Positions 52,174 to 64,000 of a stretch of DNA of 64,000 bases are shown one piece after another. The translations under genes and the position numbers were made by a program. The notes below the pieces were generated by a model that was given only the letters and a program-made list of their open reading frames with translations, was not told where the DNA came from and searched no databases. Source of the stretch: Octopus sinensis (lineage: Eukaryota); NCBI RefSeq assembly GCF_006345805.1, contig NC_043016.1, positions 7,688,001 through 7,752,000 of the forward strand. The letters run 5' to 3'. How positions within the stretch are numbered: the first letter of the stretch is position 1; the number at the start of each line of letters is the position of its first letter.

Positions 52174-52315
52174 CACACACAAACACATATACACATATAG
52201 ATATATATGAGTGTGTGCGAGCGTGTGTGCCAATGTGTGGGAATGTGTGTGTGTATGTGTGTGCGTATACATGCATAGATTCGTACATACTCACAGAGAC
52301 ACACACACACACATA

Positions 52316-52399
<84 letters not shown>

Positions 52400-52427
52400 A
52401 CCCATATTATATTCCTTACAATATACG

Positions 52428-52957
52428 ATGTCTGCGGGCGTCATGCCATATAAAATCCATAACTTAAAAATAAAAAATTTATTCTGTACTGCAATTTTGA
52501 CGTTAGGAATCTATTAAGGGTCCCATTTGTGTCTTCAGGAGAATATTCCTATTGATAGAAATTGATACAAGACCTTGCCTTGGGGCTTGCATGTATAACG
52601 ACCGGCAAGAATAGTATGTCAACTTCTATCTGCACATTCAAATTCTGAATTATTTAATTTTCTCCACTCATATCTGGTGGTTTGCCGTGGCTCGAATTTA
52701 CCGGTCTTTTCTCATAAACGCTACGCATGACGTTTGAATTCAGAATTTAAATGTGTAGATAGAGACTGAAACATTATTCTTGTCGGTCGGGATACAGGTA
52801 AACCACAAATCTTGTATCAATTTCTATCTATAGGAATATTCTCCTGAAGAGACGAATGGGACCCTTAATAGGTTCCTAACATCGAAATTGCAATAGAAAA
52901 TTAACCTTTTATTTTTAAGTTGTGGATTTTATATGTCATGTCACCTGCAGACAGCAT
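52428..52957. mobile_element. Penelope-pLTR-like fold-back: ~220 bp arms, ~85 bp spacer, hammerhead in each arm
   Basis: Arms 52428-52651 and 52737-52957 are diverged reverse complements. Confidence 0.85.
52838..52901 (+). ncRNA. Type I hammerhead ribozyme with intact catalytic core
   Basis: attctc-CTGAAGA-gacg aat gggacc cttaata ggttcc taa catc-GAAA-ttgcaa-TA-gaaaat. Confidence 0.75.
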
Positions 52958-53089
52958 TTATTGTGAGGAGATATATGAATGATAATAGCGGTTTTACAGT
53001 GGTTTTTGTCTGCAATTTCTAAACATGTAAGGGTTTTTGAAACCTCTTAGTTATAATGTGACTTGTTCATAATTATAAACACTCTTCTA

Positions 53090-53146
<57 letters not shown>

Positions 53147-53150
<4 letters not shown>

Positions 53151-53342
53151 AGAGTTTACGAAAAAACCAAAAGACGAAGACAGATGGTGTACAAAGCAAA
53201 CAGATTATTATAACGTTCAGGAGTAGAAAAAGTATTTTACGTTTCAAGCCTACGCTCTTCTACAGAAAGGGACACAGAAAAAAAACAAGGAGAGAAACAA
53301 GGAGAGAAAAATGTGTGTAGTGGCTAACGATCTATCATGGCG
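53147..53342 (-). mobile_element. Second copy of the hammerhead mini-element in (TA)n
   Basis: Minus strand CTGTAGA-a-gagc-gtag-gctt-GAAA-cgt; shares both ends with 19481-19656. Confidence 0.7.
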
Positions 53343-53359
53343 ACTATATATATATATAT

Positions 53360-53685
53360 TGTGTCATCAGCTGTGAAAATGTGTATATATGTTTAGGGAC
53401 AACCTGTTGTATATTGTGCTTGTGTGTAAATTCATTTTAACTGCTGACAATTCACTTAGTTTTCATTCCCCTCTATCTTTAATCCATTGACCATAATGAA
53501 TGAAACGAAACTAAGCTTTGAACAAAAGAAATGTAGTCTAGAGTGCTGCTGGAAGTTTGAAAAATACTGTGAAAGACAGTTTCGGATGGAATTTCAAACA
53601 GATCCACCTACACGACTTTCCATAATTCGAATCAGAGGTAAGTTTGAATCAGATGGAATTGCTAAGAACGTCCACAATTCTTAGC
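53360..53685 (+). pseudogene. Tc1/mariner-type N-terminal HTH (DUF4817-like) remnant
   Basis: KLSFEQKKCSLECCWKFE...RQFRMEFQTDPPTRLSIIRIRGKFESDG. Confidence 0.7.
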
Positions 53686-53998
53686 ACGTTGTTCTGGGTA
53701 CAGTTCCACCGCATGTCACCTTGGGCAATTTCCTTTTACTATAACCTCGGGCCGACCAAAGCCTTGTGAGTGCATTTGGTAGACGGAAACTCAAAGAAGC
53801 CGTATATATGTGTGTGTGTATGTACCCCCAACATTGCTTGATAACCGATGCTGGTGTGTTTACGTCCCCGTAACTTAGCGGTTCGGCAAAAGAGGCCGAT
53901 AGAATAAGTACTAGGCTTGCAAAGAATAAGTCCTGGAGTAGGCGCTGCTCCAGCATGGCCGCAGTCAAATGACCGAAACAAATGAAAGAATAAATGAA
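53686..53998 (+). mobile_element. CORE-like SINE, head truncated
   Basis: caccttgggcaa...gcatggccgcagtcaaatgaccgaaac. Confidence 0.9.
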
Positions 53999-55000
53999 AA
54001 TATACACATATACACGCATATACACGCATATAACACGCATATACACGCATATTTATACATACATATACATGCATGCATACATACATACACACACACACAT
54101 ACATACATACATACATACATACATACATACATACATACATACATACATACATTCATACATACATACATACATACATACATTCATACATACATTACATACA
54201 TACATACATACATACGTACATACGTACATACATACATTCATACATACATACATACATACATACATACATACATACATACATACATACATACATGCATACA
54301 TACACACATACACACACACACACGCTCGTACATATATACATGTGCGTAGGTGAAATCCATTTCTATATTACAACTGAAAAAGATGTTGCTCTTCCCTCCA
54401 TCAGCTACTTCTTTCGTTTTTCTTTTTCTCTTTTTTTTTTTTGTTATCTTTTAATTAAGTAGATAAATCAAGAGCGTAATCATGGCTCCTATTAAAGATT
54501 GCAAAACCACTTGGATGAGATGGCCACCCATGTCCAAACGTAAGATCATTAGTCGTCTTCAGAAAGTTATAAAAGGAATTGAGAGCACAACCAGCTCCCC
54601 TGTAGCAACTCGGTGGTCAAGTAGAGACGTAGTAAAGAGATAAATAACGCTAATCATAAGATACTGTTTCTGTTTTTAAGTGGTGTCACAGCAAGCTAAA
54701 ACAGCAAAATTGTTCTAAAACATACGTACGCGTAGATGCACACAAACACACACACACACAAGCACACAGTTGCGAACGCATAACTTACACGTCAATTCAA
54801 ACATACTCATTTACACAAACATACGTACACGAACACAGAAATATACATGAAGTTACTAGTTTTTGTGGGTTTTTTTTTTTTGTTTGTTTTTTTTTTAACT
54901 TCTAGATCAGTTCTGATCGCTCTGATTGAGCCGAACAGTTAATCCAAGGCGCTCTAGCTGAGCTGTGATAATCAAGGTTTTTATTCAGACGTAGTTAATC

Positions 55001-55684
<684 letters not shown>

Positions 55685-55989
55685 ATGGACGCGAATCTCT
55701 TCGACTCCGAAGGTAATTGTTTATTTTGACTATTTATAGCCCAATTTTTGTGTAAATTTTTGTGAATAAGTTGTGTAAGGCACCCAACTTTCGTTTGAGT
55801 GCTGTTCCAAGGGAGGGATTCGCCCCTAGGGGCAGTTTCGACCCCATTTCATTTCTGTAATTTTATTCTCGACATTAGAAAATGTCTAGAAATTTTATCG
55901 TGGAACAATGGTCGCGTTCCTCTATCGACCAATTTCTCCTAGACTGGAAACGCTAGGAGAAAAAAAAGAATTTTGCGTGCGACTAAAAT

Positions 55990-58083
55990 TATGAATGAAT
56001 GTGCATTGAACGCTACTACTACGTGTAGTAACAGCATTGTCACCAACACCGCCACTAGCAAACAACATAGACACTTCTACTGTTGCCACCACCCGCCGCC
56101 TTCACCACCACCACCACCACCACCCACCGCCGCCACCTCATCCACTACCTCACTACCAACAGCAACAACAATAACAATGACAGCAAAATAAAAATTGCGC
56201 CACCACCATTTCGACATCTGCTGCCTCGGCTGCCTCTTCTGCCACTGACAGACACCACCACCAACACCAAAAACAACAATAACAACAACACAATTCCGTT
56301 CAGACCTGTTTTCCCTCCAACAACAAGAACTGAAGTTAAAAACAAAAAGCTGTAGCTACCAAACAAATTGACAAAAGCTGCTTGAGTACAGGAATAAATT
56401 ACGAAAATAATTTTCCACCCTTCCTACTTGCACAATCGAACCAAACACACCATTTTTACCAACTGCAGCCAACAACAACATCACCACAAGCAACAACAAT
56501 AACAAAACAACAACAAATTTCGCTGAGGCGATTAAAGAAAAAAAAAACAACAATATATTTTACGGCTCAACAAATACAGGACACCAACATTAAATAACAG
56601 AATCAGATGGTATAGTGAAGATAAACATACCAGAAGACATTTTGGAAGATGAAAAAAGACGAACAATCATTTATAAAATAGTTAACAAAAAAACAAAAAG
56701 CCCAGAGTAGGCTAACACAAGCAAAATAGAGAAGTGCTTGAAACCCATCTGGAATCACAAAGAATATGTAACCTGGTGGAACAAATTTGCCCACATACAA
56801 GTTGTTTTCTACACCGAAGAGTTAGCTAGACGTTTCTCAACGCTAACTCTTCACTCAGATGAACTCCAACTTACACCAAGCTATCGGGGACAGAAAGTGA
56901 CTAAGATCACTTTAAACAATGTCCCCAAAATAGCCAATATCTATGGCTTGTAAAGGCCTTATGCGTAAAAATGACGAATTTTACTATTTTGGAAACCACG
57001 GTCACAGAGCATAAAACTGGGTGGGGAAAAAAAAGTAGAATTTCTTCTACATATACATCATGAAGATATAAAAAAAATACCCACCCAGATATGTGTATCA
57101 GACGACCACAAGTTATATGTGGTCGTCGATGGCAGAAGACCACGTTGCTACATATGCGGCAGTGAGCAACACCTAAAAAAAGACTGCAAATCTGCCGCAA
57201 GAAAACAACAGCAACAACAACAGCAGCCGGAAACAAAAACAAATAAACAAGGTTTACTACCCACACCACTTTTTGCAGGAACAAACCTCACCAAACAAAC
57301 AACCACACCAACTGCAGCACCAAGAACAGAAGCAGCATAGAACACCAACAACAACCACAAGAATATACCAACTCCCAAACCAAGGACATCTGCCAAAAAG
57401 ACACCCAGCAAAAATGAAGAAAGAATTACAACTCCAAATCCCCACAAAATTGAGACCCAAACAACACAACAATACCTACAATCACTCAAACACAAAATAC
57501 CCAAACCCCACCTCCAAAACCGCATACACACAACACAAACGCTCACCAACACCAACAAACAAAATCAACACAGTCGACAATAGACCCCAATATTTTCCCT
57601 CTTCCAGGCTCCGATTCGTCTGATTTGTCATTAGACGAAGAAGACCGGAAGATTGGCAAATAGCCACAGGGGGGAGAAGAAAAAGGGGGAAAAAAAGAAA
57701 GAAAAAATAACAAACAAAGCGGAAGATACAACACCACTCCCGAAACAAAACATCCACAGAAAACACCACATCAACCAAACACACCATCATCAAACCCCCC
57801 AACAATGTTGACAGCCATAAACACAAACAACCACGACCTAATGGAACACATTTGGTCAAACACTAACATTACTGAAAACGACATAAAACAAGTAACCACC
57901 CACACACAACACCACCACAACACATTAAAATAATACCGTGACACAGAACACATACAGCACCCTGAAATCTCTTTACCCTGATGCAGTAGGGAGATTTCAA
58001 AGTACTCATCGAAAAAACTGTACAAAAGCCTCATAGAAGAAGACCGTGAGGTGAAAGACAAAGAACTTTCGAAAAACAAGTAA
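55990..58083 (+). pseudogene. Tx1-like ORF1 (gag-like), many frameshifts
   Basis: VVDGRRPRCYICGSEQHLKKDC zinc knuckle at about 57120-57190; low-complexity T/P/N/Q-rich flanks. Confidence 0.75.
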
Positions 58084-58125
58084 CCTTTTCTCTCTCTCTT
58101 TCCTTTTTTGCACTTTTATCGGAAC

Positions 58126-61100
58126 ATGCTCAGAATAGGTAGTATAAATGTACGTGGCTTGGAGTCGCCTTGGAAACAAGGCTACCTGTTAAATGACATC
58201 AAGTCACTAAATCTGAATATCATAGCCATCAGTGAGACCAGACTCCACAGCTTGCGGGCACTCCAGCACATTTTCGGTACACATTTCAACATTTATTTTT
58301 CTCCGTGTCTACCGAGAATGGGCGGAGGTGGCACCGCGGTGCTTATCCGGAAGAGTCTGGATCTCAAAGTAAGAGCAAATTTCCTAGACCCGGAGGGTAG
58401 GTTGGTCGTTTTGGATGTCGATGGCAGCAATGAGTGTGCTTTTCGACTGATAGCAGTTTATGCTCCGTCCTTAACAGGCCGACCAGATTTCTTTCGACGT
58501 CTAGAGTCTTTCATGGGAACGTCTCGTCCTTTACTTTTAGTGGGGATTGGAATGCCACCCTGGACACGCATCTAGACTACGTGGGCAGAGATAGCAATAG
58601 AAGGGGATGCAAATGCCTCAAAGACCTGCTCAGACGTTTCCAACTGTCTGACAGGTACCGACTGGACCACCCGAATGTGCCAATGTGGACATGGAGTAAC
58701 CGCATCGGGTCGTCCAGATCATACTTAGATAGAGTATTCTGTAGGACAATAGATAAAAATAGTGTAGGTTGTCCACAATTTCATATAGTCAGTTACACAG
58801 ATCACAAGTTTGTGACTTGTACACTTGACTTAGATAAGACACATAGGCAGGGTCCTGGTTACTGGAAACTGAACGCGTCTTTTACAGCACGACAGGTTTA
58901 CAGGGACCGGATCAGCACATTAGTTAAGAGAGCTTTGACGGGTACCATCATCAACAACAGATGGTGGTATGCCCTAAAAAAAGCGATTAAAGCAGAATCA
59001 GTCAGATACAGTAGAGCCCTAGCATTAGACCGAAATAGAATAGAGGGAGAATTAGTTAAGGTTTTAGAAGAGGCACTTAGAACTGGCATCGCGTCCAACG
59101 TGCTGGCGGCGAGATTGGCCCTCGACCAACACCTCAACGCCAAACACGAGGATGCGTTGTCAGAGCTAGGATGCGTGCTCTGAGGAACGAAGGAGTTGGA
59201 GCCGCCCAAGAGGCCCGAGTGGTGGAGACGCAACGAGGCAACAGAGCCACCATCAAGTCTCTTATAGATGAACAGGGGCGCGAATTGCTCGAGCCTAAAA
59301 GGATGTGTGGGGCTTTTCAACAACACTTCACCCAACTGTTTGGGACAAGTGGTGAGTCAGAAAGCAGAGTGGACTTTAGTGCCTACCTGCATGCCTTGCC
59401 ACGACTCTCAGCAAGAGAGGTGGAGTCTTGTGAAAAGCCTATCACAGCTGCGGACGTACAGGATGCGATGGTAGGCTGCGCGAGAGACAAGTCACCAGGC
59501 TTGGATGGTCTGCCCTACGAACTTTATTTTCATATGCCAGACTTGTTTGGAGGCGTCTTGGCAGCTGTCTACTGCAACTGGCAGCAGAACGGGAGTATTC
59601 CTGCTTTTGTAAAGCGAGGAGCAGTGGCACTGATCAAGAAAGACCCCAACAAGGGGGACGTCATAGATAATTTCAGGCCCATCACTCTGCTCAACGCAGA
59701 TTTGAAAATTTTGGCCAAGGTGTTAGCCGAGAGGTTGGCGCTTGTCATCAAGAAACTAATCGACAAGGCGCAAACATGCGCCGTGCCGGGTAGAAGTATT
59801 CATGACAACCTCCATCTGATGCGCTACATCATAGACAGGGTAGTAAAGATCCTGGCATGGGTGGGGCGCTGATCAATTTGGATCAATCAAAAGCCTTCGA
59901 TAGGGTAGACCATCACTACTTGGAGGCTGTCCTCAAAGCGGCTGGTTTCGGTCCAGTTTTTCCGCGGTTGGATCGCTGCCTTATACAGCGGCATCCGCTC
60001 AGTAGTTCGCGTAAATGGTCATCTATCCAGACCTTTTAACATCATGCGTTCGGTTCGTCAGGGATGCCCCCTCTCATCGCTGCTGTATGTACTGACTCTT
60101 GAGCCACTACTGCGGAAACTGGCGACGCTGAGGGGCATCCCACGAGAGCTGGGATGCGGGAGGAGCGTGTCTGCATACGCGGATGACGTCACCGTCATAG
60201 TGTCGAGCTACGAGCACATCGAGCTGGTCGGCGAGACACTAAAGAATACGAAGCGGTAACGGGAGCAAAATTAACCGGGAAAAGTCAGTGGGCTTGCGGC
60301 TCGGCACCTGGAGAAGCAAGCCCATGCCGTCCAACAGCGTCTCCATCGTGGGACGCTGGACGGACGGACCGGTTAAAATTGCTCGGGGTCTGGTTCGGTC
60401 CGGACCTCCAAATGGAGAAGAACTGGGGCGAGATAACGACTAGGGTGGCTACTCTCACCCAGAAATGGACTGAGAGAAAGCTATCCCTAAAAGGTCGGGC
60501 GGAGGTGGCGAACGCGTACATCGCATCCGTCATCGAGTATCGTCTGACCGTCGTGCCTTGTCCCGACCCTACCATCACCAAACTGGAACGTATACTCTTC
60601 CGCTTCTTGTGGAAGGGAAACGTTCCGATGGTTAGGCGATCCATTTGCTGCCAACACCCGCTAAATGGAGGGCTGGGCATGCCGTGGTTGATGATGCGCA
60701 GACATGCGCTGAGACTGCGACATCTCCGGCGCTTCATAGACAACGGTGAACAGTGTGGTCGCCTTTGTGCGGCGCGCTTTCCCGCAGCTCGTCTCCTTGG
60801 ACGAACTACAGTCATGGATCAAGCAGAGACCGAGGCTAGGCGAATGGCACCGTGAGTGTCGCGTTGCTCTCAAGCAACTCTGCCGTCCGGGATCGAACTT
60901 GTGCGACCCATCACAACAAAGGCATTCTATAGAGGATTAGTGGAGGGGAGGTGCGACGACGAACTCGGGCAGAGTCTGGGCGTCGACGAGGAACACCTGA
61001 CCCGCCTGTTCAGGACAACTTTCGGGCCGGGGACCTATGAACAATCACCAAAGATCCCTGCCTGGCAGTGCTATCGAGAAGCATTACCTGTTCGGGATAA

Positions 61101-61558
61101 GCTCTACAGACACGGTTCCAGACACACTGGACCGACTTGCCCGAGATGCGGTCAGAGCGACGAAACCGTTCTGCACGCACTCGTGCAATGTCCAACCATT
61201 TCCGACCTGTGGGCTTATGCCGAACGGCTGCTGTCACGTGTGGGACGAATCCGCCTATCGGCCGAGTCTATCGTGAGAATTGCTCCGCCCCCTTCCTCAA
61301 CCGGGAGGCAAGGCAGTTTTTCATCGTACTATGGTGGCCATGGTGAAAGAATGTGTGTGGTGGACTCGAGCGAAAGGATTAGAGACAAACACTTACCTCT
61401 CTGGCCAATCGCTCATCAACTTTTTCAAGTACCACTTGAAAAGGAAGGTGAGAATGGAGAGGGAAGTTTTGTCTCGCGAAAGATTAAAAAAAAGATGGGT
61501 GAATGTTGCAAAGATGGTGCGTGCTAGTAACGAAACCATTTTGAGCATGATCCTGTAG
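58126..61558 (+). CDS. Tx1-like ORF2: APE endonuclease, reverse transcriptase, C-terminal zinc finger (frameshifted in this sequence)
   Basis: MLRIGSINVRGL, ISETRL, GDWNA, SYLDRVF, YTDHK, GPGYWKLN, KSPGLDGLPYE, NFRPITLLNADLKILAK, DQSKAFDRV, VRQGCPLS, AYADD, CPRCGQSDETVLHALVQC. Confidence 0.9.
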
Positions 61559-61881
61559 ATCGTAAAAAAGAAAGAAAAGAGCATTTTTATCTCATGTGGT
61601 TATTTCCTCCCTGACTGGGGTTCCCGTGGTCTTTTCTGTAGGCTTTTCTTCCCACGGATGAACCCAATCTTGTTATATCAATGTTTATATCATTATTTCT
61701 GTGATACACGATTTCCTTTTTTTTTCCTTTTTTTTCCTCCTCTCGATCCCTTTTGATCGCAATCTTACATTTATTTTCTTTTTTTTCCACCCTCGAAAAG
61801 AAAAGCTCTGCATTTGTATTTGTCCCCTCTGTATTCAGCCCTGTGTGGCTAATAAAAGAAAGTTATCTATCTATCTGTCTT

Positions 61882-61978
<97 letters not shown>

Positions 61979-61979
61979 A

Positions 61980-62032
<53 letters not shown>

Positions 62033-62037
62033 GTCTT

Positions 62038-62167
<130 letters not shown>

Positions 62168-62202
62168 ATATCTATCTATCTATCTATCTATCTATCTGTC
62201 TT

Positions 62203-62263
<61 letters not shown>

Positions 62264-62574
62264 TTACCTAGCTGCCTATTTGTCTGTCTGTATAGCTATC
62301 TGTTTTTTATCTACCTATCTAGCCGTTTGTCTGTCTGTCCGTCTATCTACATATTTATCAATTTGTTTCTCTTTTTACGTATGTATATATAGTTAAAGAA
62401 AGATTTTTTTTTAAAGTTATGAATTATTTTGAAAAATTATTTTGAGAATAATGTCACCAACATTTGGAAATAATTTTTCGAATCCTGCGTGTATATTGTG
62501 TATAACTTTTCAAACATACGTGTTCTGTGTTAATGCGTACAGAGGAAGGTGCTTTTAGTAAAAATGATAACTAT

Positions 62575-63480
62575 TTCGGGTTTAGTTTCAGACTTATTAT
62601 TCTTATAAGATATTCTTCTCTTGCCTTTTGTAATTGATCGTTTTCACCTTTTATTTTGTAGAAAGGGAATATTTTGAATTTTCTGTTTACACAAATGACT
62701 GGATGTTATTTTCATGGGACATTTTTAAGAGCTGAATCATTCATTTGCTGTTTGTGTTGCTGTTGATACTGTTGCTGTTGAGCGAACGGTCTTCGTCCCA
62801 GAGCTCGCGAGATGGGAGAAGTCCGAAACTTGGTCCTTTGCTATTCGTAAGACCCGCAGAAGAGAAAGCAGGTCAACCCCCGACACCGAGAGCATCGACG
62901 GATGGATGAATGCGCATCCAGGCTCAGCGGTTGAGTAGGAAGTCGGGGGCAAGAAACGGGAAGAAAGAGTGAGAGAAAGTTGGAGCGAAAGATACAACAG
63001 AGGTCGCCTCCACCCCCTGTCGGAGCCTCTTGGAGTTTTAGGTGTTTTCGCTCAATAACACACACAACGCCCGATCTGGGAATCGAAACCGCGATCCTCC
63101 GACCGCGAGTCCGCTGCCCTAACCATTGGGCCATTGCGCCTCCACTGCTGTTTGTGTATGTTCACGCGGCTAGTTAATTTTATTCCTGTTTCTCCAATCC
63201 ATTTCCGGTTGCATTGTGAAGAAATGATGCAGTAGATAAGATTTTCCGCTTTGCAATTCGTATTTACATTCACTTTCAATTCCTTCCCATTCTTGAAGCT
63301 TTCGGATGTTCTTTGTTCAATTACTTCCCATGTCCCACAACGAAAACCTGCTCAGTTTGTTACCTGTATTATTTCTTTCTCCGATGTGAATCTCGGCTTT
63401 ATTAGGAGACTCTTGAGATTTGGTAGTTGTCTTCGGCTGTTGTTTATTTATTTATTAGTTTCTCCACTCTAGTTACCACG
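62575..63480 (-). mobile_element. Penelope-like GIY-YIG fragment split by a SINE
   Basis: NCKAENLIYCIISSQCNRKWIGETGIKLTSRVNIHKQQ [SINE] MNDS...KFKIFPFYKIKGEND. Confidence 0.85.
62758..63145 (-). mobile_element. tRNA-SINE with tail type 3 and 12-bp TSD
   Basis: TSD tgctgtttgtgt at 62746-62757 and 63146-63157. Confidence 0.95.
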
Positions 63481-63879
63481 TTAACCTAATTACTATGCTA
63501 TTCCCACCACCTAGTGTTCCAAACCAAACTCAACCCAAGAATTATTCAGCAAAATCATATAATTTGTACAAGTAACTCAAGTTTGTCTTGAACTGTCGAA
63601 AACTTACTGCAAGCCAATTGCTCTTGATTTTTCCAGAGTATAATTTAATATACGGCTGTTATGCTCCACTCTGAAGCGCAAGACCTACTTCTCTTTTATG
63701 CTAGCAGACAACAACAAGTAAACTAAGAGATCGAATTCGGATGTACAATTCCTTCAAGCGATCTGATGCCGTCTACAGCATTGCACTTCTATCTTATAAC
63801 AACACTAATACCGATCAGTGTTTGTTCTTACCCTCCATTTTCGGAGTTGTGGTCGATGAAAAATGTGGCAGTAGTACCA

Positions 63880-64000
63880 ATAATGAACACGGTCCACTAT
63901 TTTAGTACGGATATTAGAATAGAATGTGGACTCAAGAAGTGCGGAATAATCTACCTAAAAAGAGGCAAGGTACAGTCCCTGGCAGGGATAGAATTATCGA
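63880..64000 (+). mobile_element. Dong/R4 RT fragment running off the window
   Basis: TVHYFSTDIRIECGLKKCGIIYLKRGKV. Confidence 0.75.

Larger units (their letters stand above)
55685..61861 (+). mobile_element. Near full-length (~6.2 kb) Tx1/L1-clade LINE
   Basis: 5' UTR, ORF1 with CCHC knuckle, ORF2 APE-RT-zinc finger, 3' UTR with AATAAA. Confidence 0.95.

Overview
AT-rich eukaryotic, repeat-dominated DNA. The microsatellite load ((TA)n, (CA)n, (TACA)n, (TCTA)n, (TAA)n) and the SINE families look like an Octopus (coleoid cephalopod) genome; this is inferred from recognising the repeats, not from a search. No host protein-coding gene, rRNA, true tRNA gene or CRISPR array can be supported, and most ORF-track entries are translated microsatellites. 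The window holds a near full-length Tx1-like LINE inside a (TCTA)n array, a long RTE LINE, CR1 and Dong/R4 LINE pieces, Penelope-like (GIY-YIG) fragments, decayed DNA transposons (maT DD37D, mariner, hAT, piggyBac), MITEs and many tRNA-derived SINEs. Highlights: (1) several distinct hammerhead-ribozyme-like motifs, some in fold-back or palindromic Penelope-type structures with one motif on each strand; (2) a SINE tail about 80% identical to the 3' end of the Tx1 LINE; (3) one SINE head/body joined to three unrelated tails; (4) Tx1 ORF2 frameshifts falling mostly in homopolymer or short same-base runs, so the element may really be intact. Most boundaries are approximate (+/-10-30 bp).
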